Virus record (IMG/VR): IMGVR_UViG_3300025628_000001
Strand: one strand, 5' to 3'
Source of the DNA: a virus
DNA: 48,707 nt
In this document: positions 41,645 through 48,707 of the stretch, piece after piece
How the letters are laid out: every line of letters starts with the position of its first letter
Position numbering within the stretch: position 1 is the first letter of the stretch
Position numbers and translations under genes: made by a program
The notes under the pieces: generated by a model
What the model was told of the DNA's origin: nothing
Databases searched by the model: none
The model's input: the letters and a program-made list of their open reading frames with translations, nothing else

Positions 41645-42685
41645 CTATACCTTATAAAGAATTGTCTGACGACGAGGGTCAGTACAAACTACGTTCAGAG
41701 AAGCATCAAGGTCAATTCTACGGACAAGATGTTTTCCTGGCACCATATAAGGTGCTGTCATGTTATTTTCCCATCCAGCCATAACGCCAACAGCTAACCA
41801 CTTCCAGTCAAGCATGTAGAGAGGATCAGTATCGTCATCATCCAGAAACGGAACGTAAGTAAGCGGAGTAGACTTGAACATTGTCTTTCCGTCTTTGCTC
41901 GCCAGATCGTTACCGAGGTTCATGTTCTGAGCCTCAAGCAGTGTTTCCAGGGAACTAATGAGATCATTGTTGCAATAGATCCCGTTACTCATTCCACCAA
42001 GATCCGGGGTAGCATGAGAAACTGGAGAACGGAACTTGCTCTTGCGATGCGCCTCGCGCATGGTTAAGATAATATCGTTAGAAGCCACAGCGGCATAAGT
42101 TCCACTGTAGTTTTTAAATCTTGCATTTGCTGGCACGCTGGCATCAATTCCGCCCTTACCGCCAGTAAAGCCCACAGCATTCCCGCCATTGAAACCCTTG
42201 GTAGCATTTCTAGTAACCCAATAAGGGATACCATAAGGGGTTTTCAGGTCAGAAGAGTCGTCTGGCTTGTTCCAGAGTGCATCCTCAAGAAACTCATAGA
42301 AAGAAACCATCATCGCAACATACTTTGTTTTGATGAGGTCAACAATAGCAGTCCCGCCACGCTGAAAAGCTTTTTCTCTCTGGTCATAAAGATAATGAGC
42401 ATTGATATGCCTTGGGGCAACTTCACCCTTAACCATGGTGTCATTGATGCTTGAACCATCGGTTTCATACAGACCAACAGAGCGAGTTGAATGATTGTGA
42501 TCCATCTGGACCTCAAACTCCCAATTTTCTCCGCCGGTAAATTTTTTCTTTTTGCCTTTCCACATCTCACGAACCGCAACATGATCGGTAAGATCAGTCT
42601 GCATGTCCACGAAGGCACCACGTTTTACGAGCGTATTCTGAGTAAGCAGAACAGCGTCGTCTATTTGACTAAATGATAAACCCAT
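41645..42685 (-). CDS. Major capsid protein (346 aa)
   Basis: The call rests on position after the acidic scaffold gene, a strong RBS (AAGGAG) and a T7 gp10-like size. No search was run. Confidence 0.65.
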   Translation of the reverse strand: MGLSFSQIDDAVLLTQNTLVKRGAFVDMQTDLTDHVAVREMWKGKKKKFTGGENWEFEVQMDHNHSTRSVGLYETDGSSINDTMVKGEVAPRHINAHYLYDQREKAFQRGGTAIVDLIKTKYVAMMVSFYEFLEDALWNKPDDSSDLKTPYGIPYWVTRNATKGFNGGNAVGFTGGKGGIDASVPANARFKNYSGTYAAVASNDIILTMREAHRKSKFRSPVSHATPDLGGMSNGIYCNNDLISSLETLLEAQNMNLGNDLASKDGKTMFKSTPLTYVPFLDDDDTDPLYMLDWKWLAVGVMAGWENNMTAPYMVPGKHLVRRIDLDASLNVVCTDPRRQTILYKV

Positions 42686-42713
42686 TTTTTAGGCTCCTTT
42701 CACTACATTAAAA

Positions 42714-43670
42714 CTATTTGAAGAATTTATTGTCAATCGCCTCGGCAACTTCGTCGAAGGCATCAACCTTTCCTTTAATTTTTTTACCACCAGGTCGCTG
42801 TGTAATCTGGCCGCTTCGCTTTTTCAACTGACCAGTCTTCTCTGCAAGAGCTTTCGCCTGGGTTTCTGCACCCAGGATCACGCTAACTGCCTGCTCAAAG
42901 ATTTCCGCAGAAGAAACATCGTCTCCCTTGGCTTCATAACCAGATTTTAAAACGTCAGCCATGCCACGCAACTCAGCTCGCTTCTGTGCCTGCGGGCTGT
43001 TAGGGTCCAGTTTCCCTTTTCCAACCGCATCAACATAAGACTCGCCAAGCTCATCAACCTGTTTGTCGAAAGACAGCGCGTCAGACTCCTGGCCCTTTTG
43101 CTCCATCCCCACAATCTTCCCCTGCATGGCACGAATAACATCTTTGAGACCATTGAACGTCTCAATGAGGCCCTCATCGTATTCCTCAGGGTCAAGGTCC
43201 GGAACAGCATCCAGGACAGCATCAATATCTAAATCACCATCGTCCTTGTCGTCACCGTCAGACGTATCGTCGTCAGGCTTGCTCTTCGCCTCTAATAGCT
43301 CGCAAGTTCTAGTCAGGGCATCCGCATCCTGAAAGGTTCTAGCATCTGTCAGAGACAGTCCTGCTTTCACTGCTCTTGTCAGAATATCGTCTGAAACAGG
43401 AACAGGCTTGTCGTCATCATCAGGCTTATCATCATCGCCAGACTTGTCGTCTTCGTCAGAGATATCATCGCCATCAGTTTCAGACTTTTCGCCAAGGGCA
43501 TCGCCATCTTGACTGTTATCATCATCGGTGTCAGCTGCCGGATCGTCATCTTCGCCAGCTTCCTCCGAATTAAGTTCATTCACTATACTCTCGACACCGG
43601 CATCAATCTCCGAAGTTAATTCTTTGGTGATTCCCTCTTCCGATGTATTATTTTCATTTTCGATTGTCAT
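42714..43670 (-). CDS. Scaffolding protein (318 aa, highly acidic)
   Basis: The N-terminal half is D/E-rich (DDDNSQDGD, DDKSGDDDKPDDDDKP) and the C-terminal half is helical. It lies between the portal and capsid genes. Confidence 0.6.
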   Translation of the reverse strand: MTIENENNTSEEGITKELTSEIDAGVESIVNELNSEEAGEDDDPAADTDDDNSQDGDALGEKSETDGDDISDEDDKSGDDDKPDDDDKPVPVSDDILTRAVKAGLSLTDARTFQDADALTRTCELLEAKSKPDDDTSDGDDKDDGDLDIDAVLDAVPDLDPEEYDEGLIETFNGLKDVIRAMQGKIVGMEQKGQESDALSFDKQVDELGESYVDAVGKGKLDPNSPQAQKRAELRGMADVLKSGYEAKGDDVSSAEIFEQAVSVILGAETQAKALAEKTGQLKKRSGQITQRPGGKKIKGKVDAFDEVAEAIDNKFFK

Positions 43671-43694
43671 AATTCTCCCTCTCTAATATTAATA

Positions 43695-44045
43695 TTATTT
43701 ATAGCCGTTTTTATCAAACATTCCTCGCGCTTTTAAAGCTTTATTCCTATGGGACGAGCTTGTGTAGATTGGGTCTCCATCTCTGGTCACTTCCGTTGGC
43801 ACGCCCTTCCGCGCCAGCTCTGCCCTTAAATCACCGGCCTGAGCTGCATTTACTCCAGAACCCAGGCAAGTCATCGGCCATCCTCTAGGAGATGCAGACT
43901 TGACTCCTTCTGCAGCAAAGCTGCGTTTAGCACAAACAATCCCCTCAGCTGGATCTGCATGAGTAATATGTGCAGGGGCCTTCCCTACAGGAAACACACG
44001 GTCAGTTATTGTTCCGCCCGGAGTTTTATAACAATATATTGGCAT
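43695..44045 (-). CDS. Hypothetical protein (116 aa)
   Basis: Track ORF whose start overlaps the stop of the upstream small ORF (TAATG). Confidence 0.6.
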   Translation of the reverse strand: MPIYCYKTPGGTITDRVFPVGKAPAHITHADPAEGIVCAKRSFAAEGVKSASPRGWPMTCLGSGVNAAQAGDLRAELARKGVPTEVTRDGDPIYTSSSHRNKALKARGMFDKNGYK

Positions 44046-44221
44046 TATTTCTTCACCTTCTTTTTTCTACCAGAAGCTTCTCTGTCGATGCCCTTGGCCC
44101 TCCTAATTAAGAGCTCAGCCATTCGGGACCGTTTCTTTTCTTTCTTGTATTTCGGGAGTTCCATCCGTTTCTTTTCTTTCTTGTATTTCGGGAGTTCCAT
44201 CCGTTTTATTTTTTCTGACAT
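44045..44221 (-). CDS. Small basic protein (58 aa) containing a 12-aa tandem duplication
   Basis: GGAGGA lies 7 nt upstream. Hand translation MSEKIKRMELPKYKKEKKRMELPKYKKEKKRSRMAELLIRRAKGIDREASGRKKKVKK. Confidence 0.55.
   Translation of the reverse strand: MSEKIKRMELPKYKKEKKRMELPKYKKEKKRSRMAELLIRRAKGIDREASGRKKKVKK
44129..44200. repeat. Perfect 36-bp tandem duplication (2 copies plus 6 bp of a third)
   Basis: ccgtttcttttctttcttgtatttcgggagttccat occurs twice head to tail. Confidence 0.9.
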
Positions 44222-44264
44222 TACTCGTCCTCCAAAATAAGCTTAACGCCTAAAAATCTCTGCA

Positions 44265-45983
44265 TTAGTTTACCTTCCTGTTAAGGGTTGCGGCTTCCGC
44301 AGGCTGAGGGTTTCCGCCCATCAATACTTGTGAAAGCACATTATTCCTGCCGCTCCTGGTTGCTCCGGGTCTGTTAACCCGTTCATACGTTCTTTTTGTC
44401 TCTGCAGGTTTTGGATTCGGATCCCCGTGGACCTGTCCTTGTTCCTGAGGCATGCCTTGGAACTGCACAACCTCTGCCAACTCAGGAAAATTACTGAGTT
44501 CAGCAACCATGTCAAGGATAGCTTTTACATCTACCGTTCCGCCCTGCTGTTGTATAAAAGGCATTAGCGGCATGATGTACTGCTGGACGATCTGACTAAG
44601 CTTCTGCAGCCTTGTAGCAGGAGAATTGTCCTGCATAGAGTAAACGTCAATACCAAAGTTATAATCTAAAAAGTTACCTTGCCGTGTTTCTTCAGACCAT
44701 GCGGCCGGCACAGACATACCAGTTTTACCAATCGGTTTCTCAACTTGGCGTTTCCGCACCGGATCAGTCCATTCATACCATGCAAGGGCCTCGAAGATTC
44801 CCCTTGCAAATTTAATCGTTTGCTGGGACATATCCTGAGCACGAGCACCTGCAGCTTCAGATATTAGCTTGTCTTGGCCAACCGTCTCAGTAGACGGCCC
44901 AAGTCCTCCCAAAGAGTTTAAGTTCCCACCAAAATAATCAAACAGATCCTGAACCTGCAGGAAGAACGCAAGAGACTGATTATCAATACCACCAACCGTG
45001 ATAGTTTCAGGTTTCTGGCCGCTATACTTAATCCCGTCTCCGTCGTTAGCCGCTATAAGGTTATTAGCACCGTCGTCGTCGTTATGGAAAGCAGCAACGG
45101 TTTTCTTGGCATCGGCCTGCTTTGCCAGCTTCCGGAACAAAGTGTTCCCAAGCTCGTGCAGGTCCAGCCAAAGAGCAACCGGAGGCAAAGGCATAAGATT
45201 GCCAGGGACATCAGAAAAACCAAGGACATGATATGGGCCATCGTCTGGACCGTCCCAATCAATAGTCCTGAGCAGCTTGCCAGTTTTTACAGAATATGTG
45301 AGCAGCTGATTGTCTTCGTGGAGGTAAATGTCTCGAAGCCATATTTTCTCTTTATAAAGGTCAGCCCCTTCGTCAACAGATACACTTTCAGCGCGGGTTT
45401 CGCCCTGCTCGCCAATAACGGTATGGTCGTCAGCTTCAAGCTTCATATCGAACAACGCCTCAGCGCTATTCTTAGACATCCAGTAATCGTTGCCTTCATA
45501 TTGCATCGACTTACGACTCTTGGCAGACATGTCACAAAAATAATCATCAATAGTTATTAGATCAGCATAAGATTCTCCGATATCATGGCCAAGCATGGCC
45601 ACACCGCTATTGCAAATTCCAACTTTTATAATTGCCATAGAGAACAGAGCTTCAACTACGGCACGGCGAAGAGTTCCGCCAAGATTAATCTCGTCCGGGA
45701 TCTGGTTAATAGCGATCTCGGTGGTTTTTGCAAACGGCCTCAACGCTATGTTTTTTGTTGAGACAATTGCCCTCGGTGAGTTTGCTGCCAGTATCCTGAC
45801 ATAAACCGTGACAGCCAGCTCGATAAAGTTCGTCGGGACCCGCTTTTTTGATCCGCCAGAAGCATAATGATTACCAACAAACTCCGTGATAGCCTCGACC
45901 CGCTTTTTTCTGGGAGTCTCAAGCTGCCGGAGCGACCATTCAACTGCCGTCTTCAACTGTTCAAAATCAACCTTAATAGTCAT
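44265..45983 (-). CDS. Portal protein (572 aa)
   Basis: The call rests on size and on position upstream of scaffold and capsid in a T7-like order. No search was run. Confidence 0.6.
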   Translation of the reverse strand: MTIKVDFEQLKTAVEWSLRQLETPRKKRVEAITEFVGNHYASGGSKKRVPTNFIELAVTVYVRILAANSPRAIVSTKNIALRPFAKTTEIAINQIPDEINLGGTLRRAVVEALFSMAIIKVGICNSGVAMLGHDIGESYADLITIDDYFCDMSAKSRKSMQYEGNDYWMSKNSAEALFDMKLEADDHTVIGEQGETRAESVSVDEGADLYKEKIWLRDIYLHEDNQLLTYSVKTGKLLRTIDWDGPDDGPYHVLGFSDVPGNLMPLPPVALWLDLHELGNTLFRKLAKQADAKKTVAAFHNDDDGANNLIAANDGDGIKYSGQKPETITVGGIDNQSLAFFLQVQDLFDYFGGNLNSLGGLGPSTETVGQDKLISEAAGARAQDMSQQTIKFARGIFEALAWYEWTDPVRKRQVEKPIGKTGMSVPAAWSEETRQGNFLDYNFGIDVYSMQDNSPATRLQKLSQIVQQYIMPLMPFIQQQGGTVDVKAILDMVAELSNFPELAEVVQFQGMPQEQGQVHGDPNPKPAETKRTYERVNRPGATRSGRNNVLSQVLMGGNPQPAEAATLNRKVN

Positions 45984-45987
45984 GTCT

Positions 45988-46359
45988 CTAATTAATCCCT
46001 AATTGAATTTTTGCAGCTATTGTTAATCTGTCTCTAAGGACTCCGCCCTCAATATAAGTCATAAGTTCATTAAATTTGTTGTCCGTCTCGTCTACTCCTT
46101 CTGTGAGCGGGTTGTCCGGGGTGTTAACAAACTTAACCTTAAACTTCCCAGAATTGCCAGAGACCGGGACAGCACCGTTATATCTCCGATACACGATAGT
46201 TGCTGTTTGAAACCTAACGCTAATAATAAATTTTTCTATTTTCACGTTAGTTGCGCCGTCAAGAATTGCAAGATCAGACGAAATATCTCCAGGGTCTGCT
46301 ACGACAACCGCAACGGCACAAAACATAATAAACAGTGAAACCAATAAAACCTTTTTCAT
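45988..46359 (-). CDS. Secreted/exported small protein (123 aa)
   Basis: MKKVLLVSLFIMFCAVAVVVADPGD is signal-peptide-like. AAGGAGAT RBS. Confidence 0.65.
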   Translation of the reverse strand: MKKVLLVSLFIMFCAVAVVVADPGDISSDLAILDGATNVKIEKFIISVRFQTATIVYRRYNGAVPVSGNSGKFKVKFVNTPDNPLTEGVDETDNKFNELMTYIEGGVLRDRLTIAAKIQLGIN

Positions 46360-46369
46360 TTTTATCTCC

Positions 46370-48707
46370 TTAATAAGTTTCTATAGCTACGCTCTTCCAA
46401 GCACCAGACGCAGTACAAACATACATAAAACCTGAACCCCAGGCAATTTCCCCGGCAGTGCAAGCATCAGCAGCCGCTGGAGTTTGAGCCGTTGCTATCA
46501 CGATAGAATCCCCAGCAGCAGTAAGAACGCCATCTACGTTCATGTCAGTGTCAAACGTGACATCATCTTCGAAAGTAAACGTATCTGCTGAAACAAGTCC
46601 AGTCCCGTCGGAATAAAGCCTTTGCCCTCGATCATGGCAATATGTAACTATCTTGCCATATGTCATGTCGGGATCGTCACCTCCAGTTGCCCAAACATAT
46701 AACTTATCTTCGGCCGCATCATAAGAAAACGTGCCTTCTGACATGGCGGCCCAATTCACAGCATCAGAAGAACCATCAACCCAAACATATTCGATAAGAA
46801 GAATGTTGTCCTGCCTTACCTTGTATTGGTCCCATGTAACCCCTCCAGCAGTCCAGTCTGACACGTATATTTCACCAGACGCTGCAAGCCAACCAGTAAC
46901 AGTCTCCGTAGTAATATCAGACCCCAGCCACATTCCGTCACCGGAAGTTATACCGGCCAGCGTAAGTTGGATATTCTTGCCATATGTAACCGTCGCGCCG
47001 TATGTAACGCCAGCCAAAGCCGGAGAATCTATAAACACACCATAATCGTCGCCGTAATGTTTACCGCCATCTGGCGCGCTTATAAAGCTATTGCCTGCTC
47101 GAAAAGAGAAGCTGTCGCCGTAGACCTTAACCATAGTGGAAACGGAGCTCGTCTTCAAACCATAAAAATCTTGCCCAGATAAATGACTCCCAGTCCCGAT
47201 CCCGCCGGTCACTACCGCCCCAAAATAGTCAACGTGCTCATTACCGCCATGCCCTAATCCCCCCCAAGGAACCAACAAGGAGGTATTACTAAACTTTAAA
47301 CCTATGAAGCTCGCACCTTTACCGTAATGATCCCCACCCACCACATTATATCCAAACACGCTATACACATTCGACGCGAACCTTGGATCTGAAGAATTGT
47401 TGTCATCATTCCCATCGTCATAAGGATCAACAGAATTAAGGATATTAAGAACCATGGTATTCGAGTTTTCAGTAGTAGGGTTGGCTATATTATCAAAGTC
47501 AATCCGCTTCCAGCCATACGCCGTAGGATTCATAGAAATAGAATTAACATTTAACGAGTCAAACGTTACCTCGGCTCCTTCATCGACTTCCTGATCCATA
47601 CCTCCAACATAACCCCATTGTGCAGCGTCTATTGTGGTGGCCCCAATTAGTTCAAGCTGGTTTACCTCGGCAGCCGACAAAGCACTTAATCCTATTGTTG
47701 TGTACAAATTATCATGCTCGCTTTTAATTGTATTAAGTTCGGTGCCAGTAACGGTCGTGTCAAGAGAAGAAAGCGCATCCCCTGGCTGGGTTGCGGTATC
47801 AGCATCAGCAAGGCTTGTCCCTATAGCAGCAACCAAATCTCCAACATCGATACTGTTCGCATCTATCGTGGCACTAATCGCTTGACCCGTAACAACAATA
47901 TCTATGTCCCCGGCAGTTGTCCCGGTCGCAGCTACATGATCGTTATCTACCGAAAGCAAGCCCTCACCAATACCCCCGTCAGTGTAAGTCAACCCCGTTC
48001 CCGCCATACTTCCAACAAAGTCCTCCACCTCCTCTTCTGTAAGGTTTGTGTCTGTAGCCTTTAACGAGTTAGCTACAATCTCATCCCATTTGCCTGCACC
48101 CAAAAGCCCAGCGGAATCTGTATTTGCCTCTGGAAGTATAATGTCATTTGCACTACCGTCTGAGGTGATTCCATATGTAGTTGCGCTTACTGTCCCAGCT
48201 TCGAGGGTAGTAGGTACGTTTGTTACTTTTGCCGTATTGGTTACTATCGCAGAAGCCTGCCCAGAAGTAATTCCTGTCTTTGCTGTATTGGTTACTATCG
48301 CCGAAGTTTGCCCAGAAGTTATTGTTGTCGGCTTATTTAATATTAAAGCATCCCCAGTAGTGGCATCCCAGTTAGATTGAACATTTTGTTCTTGAGTAGT
48401 AACACCGACTTTAGCCGTGTTAGTTACTATCGCAGAAGCCTGCCCAGAAGTAATTCCTGTCTTTGCTGTATTGGCTGTGATTGCAGAAGCCTGTCCTGAA
48501 GTTATTGTTGTCGGCTTATTTAATATTAACGCATCGCCAGCAGTTTCGTTCCAGTCCGATTGAACGTTCTGCTCTTCGGTAGTAACGCCGACTTTAGCCG
48601 TGTTAGTTACTATCGCAGAAGCCTGCCCAGAAGTAATTCCTGTCTTTGCTGTATTGGCTGTGATTGCAGAAGCCTGTCCTGAAGTTATTGTTGTCGGCTT
48701 ATTTAAT
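46370..48707 (-). CDS. Tail fibre / receptor-binding protein, C-terminal part of the wrap-around gene
   Basis: The frame of track ORF 46370..48103 stays open upstream to the window end. The track 'start' is only the first TTG in frame. The region contains 61-aa tandem repeats and a fibre-type C-terminus (CTAGEIAWGSGFMYVCTASGAWKSVAIETY). Confidence 0.75.
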   Translation of the reverse strand, partial: LNKPTTITSGQASAITANTAKTGITSGQASAIVTNTAKVGVTTEEQNVQSDWNETAGDALILNKPTTITSGQASAITANTAKTGITSGQASAIVTNTAKVGVTTQEQNVQSNWDATTGDALILNKPTTITSGQTSAIVTNTAKTGITSGQASAIVTNTAKVTNVPTTLEAGTVSATTYGITSDGSANDIILPEANTDSAGLLGAGKWDEIVANSLKATDTNLTEEEVEDFVGSMAGTGLTYTDGGIGEGLLSVDNDHVAATGTTAGDIDIVVTGQAISATIDANSIDVGDLVAAIGTSLADADTATQPGDALSSLDTTVTGTELNTIKSEHDNLYTTIGLSALSAAEVNQLELIGATTIDAAQWGYVGGMDQEVDEGAEVTFDSLNVNSISMNPTAYGWKRIDFDNIANPTTENSNTMVLNILNSVDPYDDGNDDNNSSDPRFASNVYSVFGYNVVGGDHYGKGASFIGLKFSNTSLLVPWGGLGHGGNEHVDYFGAVVTGGIGTGSHLSGQDFYGLKTSSVSTMVKVYGDSFSFRAGNSFISAPDGGKHYGDDYGVFIDSPALAGVTYGATVTYGKNIQLTLAGITSGDGMWLGSDITTETVTGWLAASGEIYVSDWTAGGVTWDQYKVRQDNILLIEYVWVDGSSDAVNWAAMSEGTFSYDAAEDKLYVWATGGDDPDMTYGKIVTYCHDRGQRLYSDGTGLVSADTFTFEDDVTFDTDMNVDGVLTAAGDSIVIATAQTPAAADACTAGEIAWGSGFMYVCTASGAWKSVAIETY
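48225..48707. repeat. 183-bp in-frame tandem repeat array: copy A 48225..48407 (diverged), copy B 48408..48590, copy C 48591..48651 continuing at 1..122, plus a partial fourth copy near 123..150
   Basis: Copies B and C are identical base for base. Each unit contains two 51-bp sub-repeats encoding TSGQASAI(T/V)(A/T)NTAK. Confidence 0.9.
48652..48707. repeat. 56-bp terminal overlap with positions 1..56 (circular-assembly signature)
   Basis: Exact identity of the two window ends, with the reading frame preserved across the junction. Confidence 0.9.

Noticed and set aside
46370-48103. Diversity-generating retroelement targeting the fibre C-terminus.
   Set aside because: I recognised no reverse transcriptase ORF anywhere in the window. 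I also saw no template-repeat copy of the fibre 3' end.
48225-48707. Regularly spaced direct repeats considered as a possible CRISPR array.
   Set aside because: The units are 183 bp, contiguous without spacers, in frame inside a long ORF, and translate to a sensible repeat protein. No cas genes are present.

Overview
The window looks like one complete, circularly closed dsDNA phage genome of about 48.65 kb. Bases 48652..48707 repeat bases 1..56, and one long minus-strand gene reads in phase across that junction.

Layout:
- A late/structural operon runs on the minus strand. It starts at a putative small terminase (5318), passes through the large terminase, the endolysin and a roughly 1113-aa tail fibre that wraps the window ends, and continues through portal, scaffold, major capsid and tail proteins to a 2148-aa virion protein ending at 24854.
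- The gene order is podovirus-like (T7-type). I saw no tube, sheath or obvious tape-measure genes.
- A replication/recombination block lies on the minus strand at 24466..13136. It contains a Sak4-like ATPase split by an intein, a DUF669-type SSB, a Gp157-like protein, a Cas4-like exonuclease, an SF2 helicase, a prim-pol/helicase and RusA.
- A rightward block of tiny early ORFs lies at 6363..12993 and ends with a small serine recombinase.
- I recognised no tRNA, rRNA, CRISPR array, reverse transcriptase, transposase or large integrase.

Most unusual observations:
1. A 315-bp G-rich tract at 11361..11675 carries GG(C/T) every 5 nt with variable spacers. It is open in all six frames.
2. A shorter mirror-image C/A-rich pentamer tract lies at 5679..5772. 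The two tracts bracket the early block with their G-rich strands pointing outward. I cannot assign a function. This is my best candidate for an undescribed element.
3. A class-3-type (Ala1, W-C-T) LAGLIDADG intein sits in the Walker A loop of the Sak4-like ATPase.
4. Two perfectly identical 183-bp in-frame tandem repeats sit in the fibre gene exactly at the assembly junction.
5. A 1-kb non-coding control region contains iteron-like repeats.

All functional calls come from motif recognition by eye. No database search was run.
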